A DNA stretch of 64,000 bases from the NCBI RefSeq assembly GCF_004010195.1, contig NC_057750.1, positions 9,744,062 to 9,808,061 on the forward strand, in the 5' to 3' direction. This DNA comes from Chiloscyllium plagiosum. Lineage: Eukaryota. The notes beneath the pieces were generated by a model, which made no database searches, was not told the origin of the DNA, and saw only the letters and a program-made list of their open reading frames with translations. A program made the translations under genes and the position numbers. Shown in pieces: positions 61,134 to 64,000 of the stretch (the first letter of the stretch is position 1; every line of letters starts with the position of its first letter).

Positions 61134-62480
61134 CTTTAAAGAGGAGTCAGTGATAGGGACACGGTCCCTTTAACAAGAGTGTGTAACAGGGACACTGTGC
61201 CTTTAACAAGCGTGTGTAACAGGGACACAGTCCCTTTAAAAGGAGTCAGTGATGGAACACTGTCCCTTTAACAAGAGTGTATAATAGTGACTCAGTCCCT
61301 TTAACAAAAGTGTGTAACAGGGACACTGTCCCTTTAACGAGAGTGTGTAATAGGGACACTGGCCCTTTAAGAAGAGCTTGTAACAGGGACACTGTCCCTT
61401 TAACGAGTGTGTGTAACAGGGACCCTGTCCCTTTAATAAGACAGTGTAACAGAGACACTGTCCCTTTAACAAGAGTGTGTAATAGTGACTCAGTCCCTTT
61501 AACAAGAGTGTGTAATAGGGGCACTGCCCCTTTAACAAGACTGTGTAATGGGGCACTGTCCCTTTAACAAGAGTGTGTAATAGGGGCACTGTCCCTTTAA
61601 CAAGACTGTGTAACAGGGACACTGTCCCTTTAATGAGAGAGTGTAATAATGACTTAGTCCCTTTAACAAGAGTGTGTAACAGGGACACTGTCCCTTTAAT
61701 GAGAGCATGTAATAGTAACTCAGTCCCTTTAACAAGACTATGTAACAGGGACACTGTCCCTTTAACGAGAGTGTGTAATAGTGACTCAGTCCCTTTAACA
61801 AGAGTGTGTAACAGGGACACTGTCCCTTTAATGAGAGTGTGTAATAGTAACTCAGTCCCTTTAACAAGACTGTGTAACAGGGACACTGTCCCTTTAACGA
61901 GAGTGTGTAATAGTGACTCAGTCCCTTTAACAAGAGTGTGTAACAGGGACACTGGCTCATGCCCGAAACGTCGATTCTCCTGCTCCTTGGATGCTACCTG
62001 ACCTGCTGCGCTTTTCCAGCAACACATTTTCAACACTGTCCCTTTAACAAGAGTGTGTAATAGGGACACTGTCCCTTTAACAAGAGTGTGTAATAGGGGC
62101 ACTGTCCCTTTAACAAGAGTGTGTAACAGGGACACTGTCCCTTTAACAGGAGTCAGTGATGGAACACTGTCCCTTTAACAAGAGAGTGTAATAGGGACAC
62201 TGTCCCTTTAACAAGACTATGTAACAGGGACACTGTCCCTTTAACAATCGTGTATAGCAGGGACACAATCCCTTTAACAGGAGTCAGTGATGGAACACTG
62301 TCCCTTTAACAATCGTGTGTAACAGGGACACAGTCCCTTTAACAGGAGTCAGTGGTGGAACACTGCCCCTTTAACAATCGTGTGTAACAGGGACACAGTC
62401 CCTTTAACAGGAGTCAGTGGTGGAACACTGTCCCTTTCACATGAGTGCGTAATAGGGAGACTGTCCCTTTAACAGAATCG
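61134..62480. repeat. 33-bp minisatellite (about 38-40 units, decaying to about 62615; one more unit at 63972-64000), with a PLE fragment inserted at 61955-62032
   Basis: Unit gggacactgtccctttaacaagagtgtgtaa(c/t)a; the insertion is flanked by ACACTG (61949-61954, 62033-62038). Confidence 0.95.
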
Positions 62481-63229
62481 ATGATACTGACAATGACCCT
62501 TTCACAGGCGGGGGGAAGCTGAGACTGTGACATTGTCCCTTCAACAAGGTTTTGTGGGATTGTCATTTCCCCTTTGACAGGAGTCTTGTGATAGCAAGAC
62601 CTCCCCTTTAATGGGGTTTTGGCCGGGTGGGGAGAGGGCATTGTGAGTATATGCTTGAAGAGGAATAATTTGCAAGGCTGTGGTGAAAGGCAAGGGAGCA
62701 GGGAACCAGCAGAATTGCTCAGATCCAGAACAATCCAGACGGGTCAAGTGGCCTCAGTCTGCGTTGTAACCAAGGGAAAACCAGGCTTGCTATTCAGAGA
62801 ACAGCTTGTGTCTCTGTTGCTCTCTGTTTGTGGGCAAGCCATGAACCCCAACCTCTCTATCAGTAATAAGGTGCTGTGAGCTCCACAAACCTGTTCCCTG
62901 AGTCAGCAATCATTTCCATCACCTTCAACATCACTGTCTCAGATTGACAAGTAATGATTACACACTGTCCAGTCCTTTAGCAGCTTCTTCATCTCATTTC
63001 AGAAGTGCGTGTTCAGTAATACAACACAGAACATTCCACAATTGATGAATTTATGTCCTAATCTGTACTTGTGATTGCCACAACGCAGTTATTATGTTTC
63101 TGTCTGACTTGTCTAATAGATGGGTTGGAAACATATCATTTAGTATTTGGAATTGTAAGAACGTATTGCAATATCTTCTGGGCAGCACACTTTTGGAAGA
63201 ATCTTTCAATGTTTGGGAACTGCGGGAAA

Positions 63230-63845
63230 TGACGAGCTGCTGCATCAGTGCCTGGTTTGGGAATTGCGCTCTTTCGGATTGTAAGACCCTCTAATGGATA
63301 GTGTGGACACCTCGAAGATCATCGAGGGTCTCTCTTCCCTCCATTTACACCACTGACCTGCTGTGCTTTTCCCAGCACCACTCCAATCTCGACTCTGGTT
63401 TCCAGCATCTGCAGTACTCACTTTTGCCTAGTTGATGTACACCACACGCTGCAGCCGAAAGGTTAACAGCATTGTGGAAGACCCCACACGCCCCTCACCC
63501 AAACTCTTCTCCCTCCTGCCATCTGGCAGAAGATACCGGGGCACTCGGTCTCTCACGGCCAGACAGTTTCTTCCCCCAAGCCATCAGGCTCCTTAACACT
63601 ATATGATCAGACTCTTCTCCACTTGAAATTCTTTGCACGACTTTGAATAGCTGCTAGAACAATGTCTATTAATTATCATTCTTTTGTTACACTGCAGCTT
63701 GCATGTTTTGCATTTCTTATGCACTTATGCCGTTTACGATTGCGTAGTTTGTGCTGTCCATGTAGCACCCTCGGTCCTGGAGGAACACTGTCTCGTTTTT
63801 ACTCGATCAGTTGTATATGATAGAAATGACAAATAAACAGCTACT
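63230..63845 (+). mobile_element. Degenerate Rex1/Babar 3' fragment with a PLE terminus inserted at 63354-63437
   Basis: TSCCISAWFGNC..DCKTL; gaagaccccacacgccc..ctcctgccatctggcagaagatacc; TSD TACACCAC (63346-63353, 63438-63445); the tail runs into (CT)n at 63845-63892. Confidence 0.8.
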
Positions 63846-63848
63846 CTT

Positions 63849-63880
<32 letters not shown>

Positions 63881-64000
63881 GCTCTTTCTCTCCATAAAGT
63901 CATTGAGGAAGGGTTTTTCAACCAGTCAGATATGGGAACAGAAATAGACCAAACTGCACATTGAGCCGGTAATAAGGACACAGTCCCTTTAACAGTAGTC

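Noticed and set aside
61236..62135. 299-aa ORF of SLLHTLVKGTV repeats
   Set aside because: Translation of the 33-bp satellite, reading through a PLE insertion.
61134..62480. CRISPR-like appearance (palindromic repeats of about 33 bp)
   Set aside because: The units are contiguous with no unique spacers, there are no cas genes, and the context is vertebrate. The same applies to the 35, 44 and 49 bp arrays.

Overview
This is vertebrate genomic DNA, almost certainly from an elasmobranch (shark/ray). That is inferred from about 25 copies of the HE1-type V-SINE and abundant CR1/HER1-type LINE fragments. Only one protein-coding gene is supported: a two-exon, minus-strand THIK-family two-pore potassium channel (KCNK13/THIK-1-like, 409 aa; coding exons 58913-58577 and 45331-44439, phase-1 GT-AG intron of about 13.2 kb containing two N-gaps, AATAAA at 43733-43728). 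The rest is a nested retroelement landscape: HE1 and a second tRNA-derived SINE, CR1, Rex1/Babar and Tx1-like LINE fragments, solo LTRs, and at least three Penelope-like element (PLE) families. The PLE termini carry minimal hammerhead-ribozyme cores and are often arranged as inverted hairpin insertions with target-site duplications. Several minisatellites (33, 35, 44, 49, 53 and 132 bp units) are present, and some were visibly seeded from TE termini. The leads most worth following are: hammerhead cores lying sense within the channel intron; a diverged 2.3-kb foldback in the intron ending in convergent CTCF-like motifs; an apparently non-autonomous Rex1-tailed retroelement with no tRNA head; and atypical channel features (a cap cysteine, an altered caspase-8 motif, mixed THIK-1/THIK-2 residues). 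Four 138-187 bp tandem duplications look like haplotype assembly artefacts. TE boundaries are approximate and were read by eye, and family names come from recalled motifs, not database searches.
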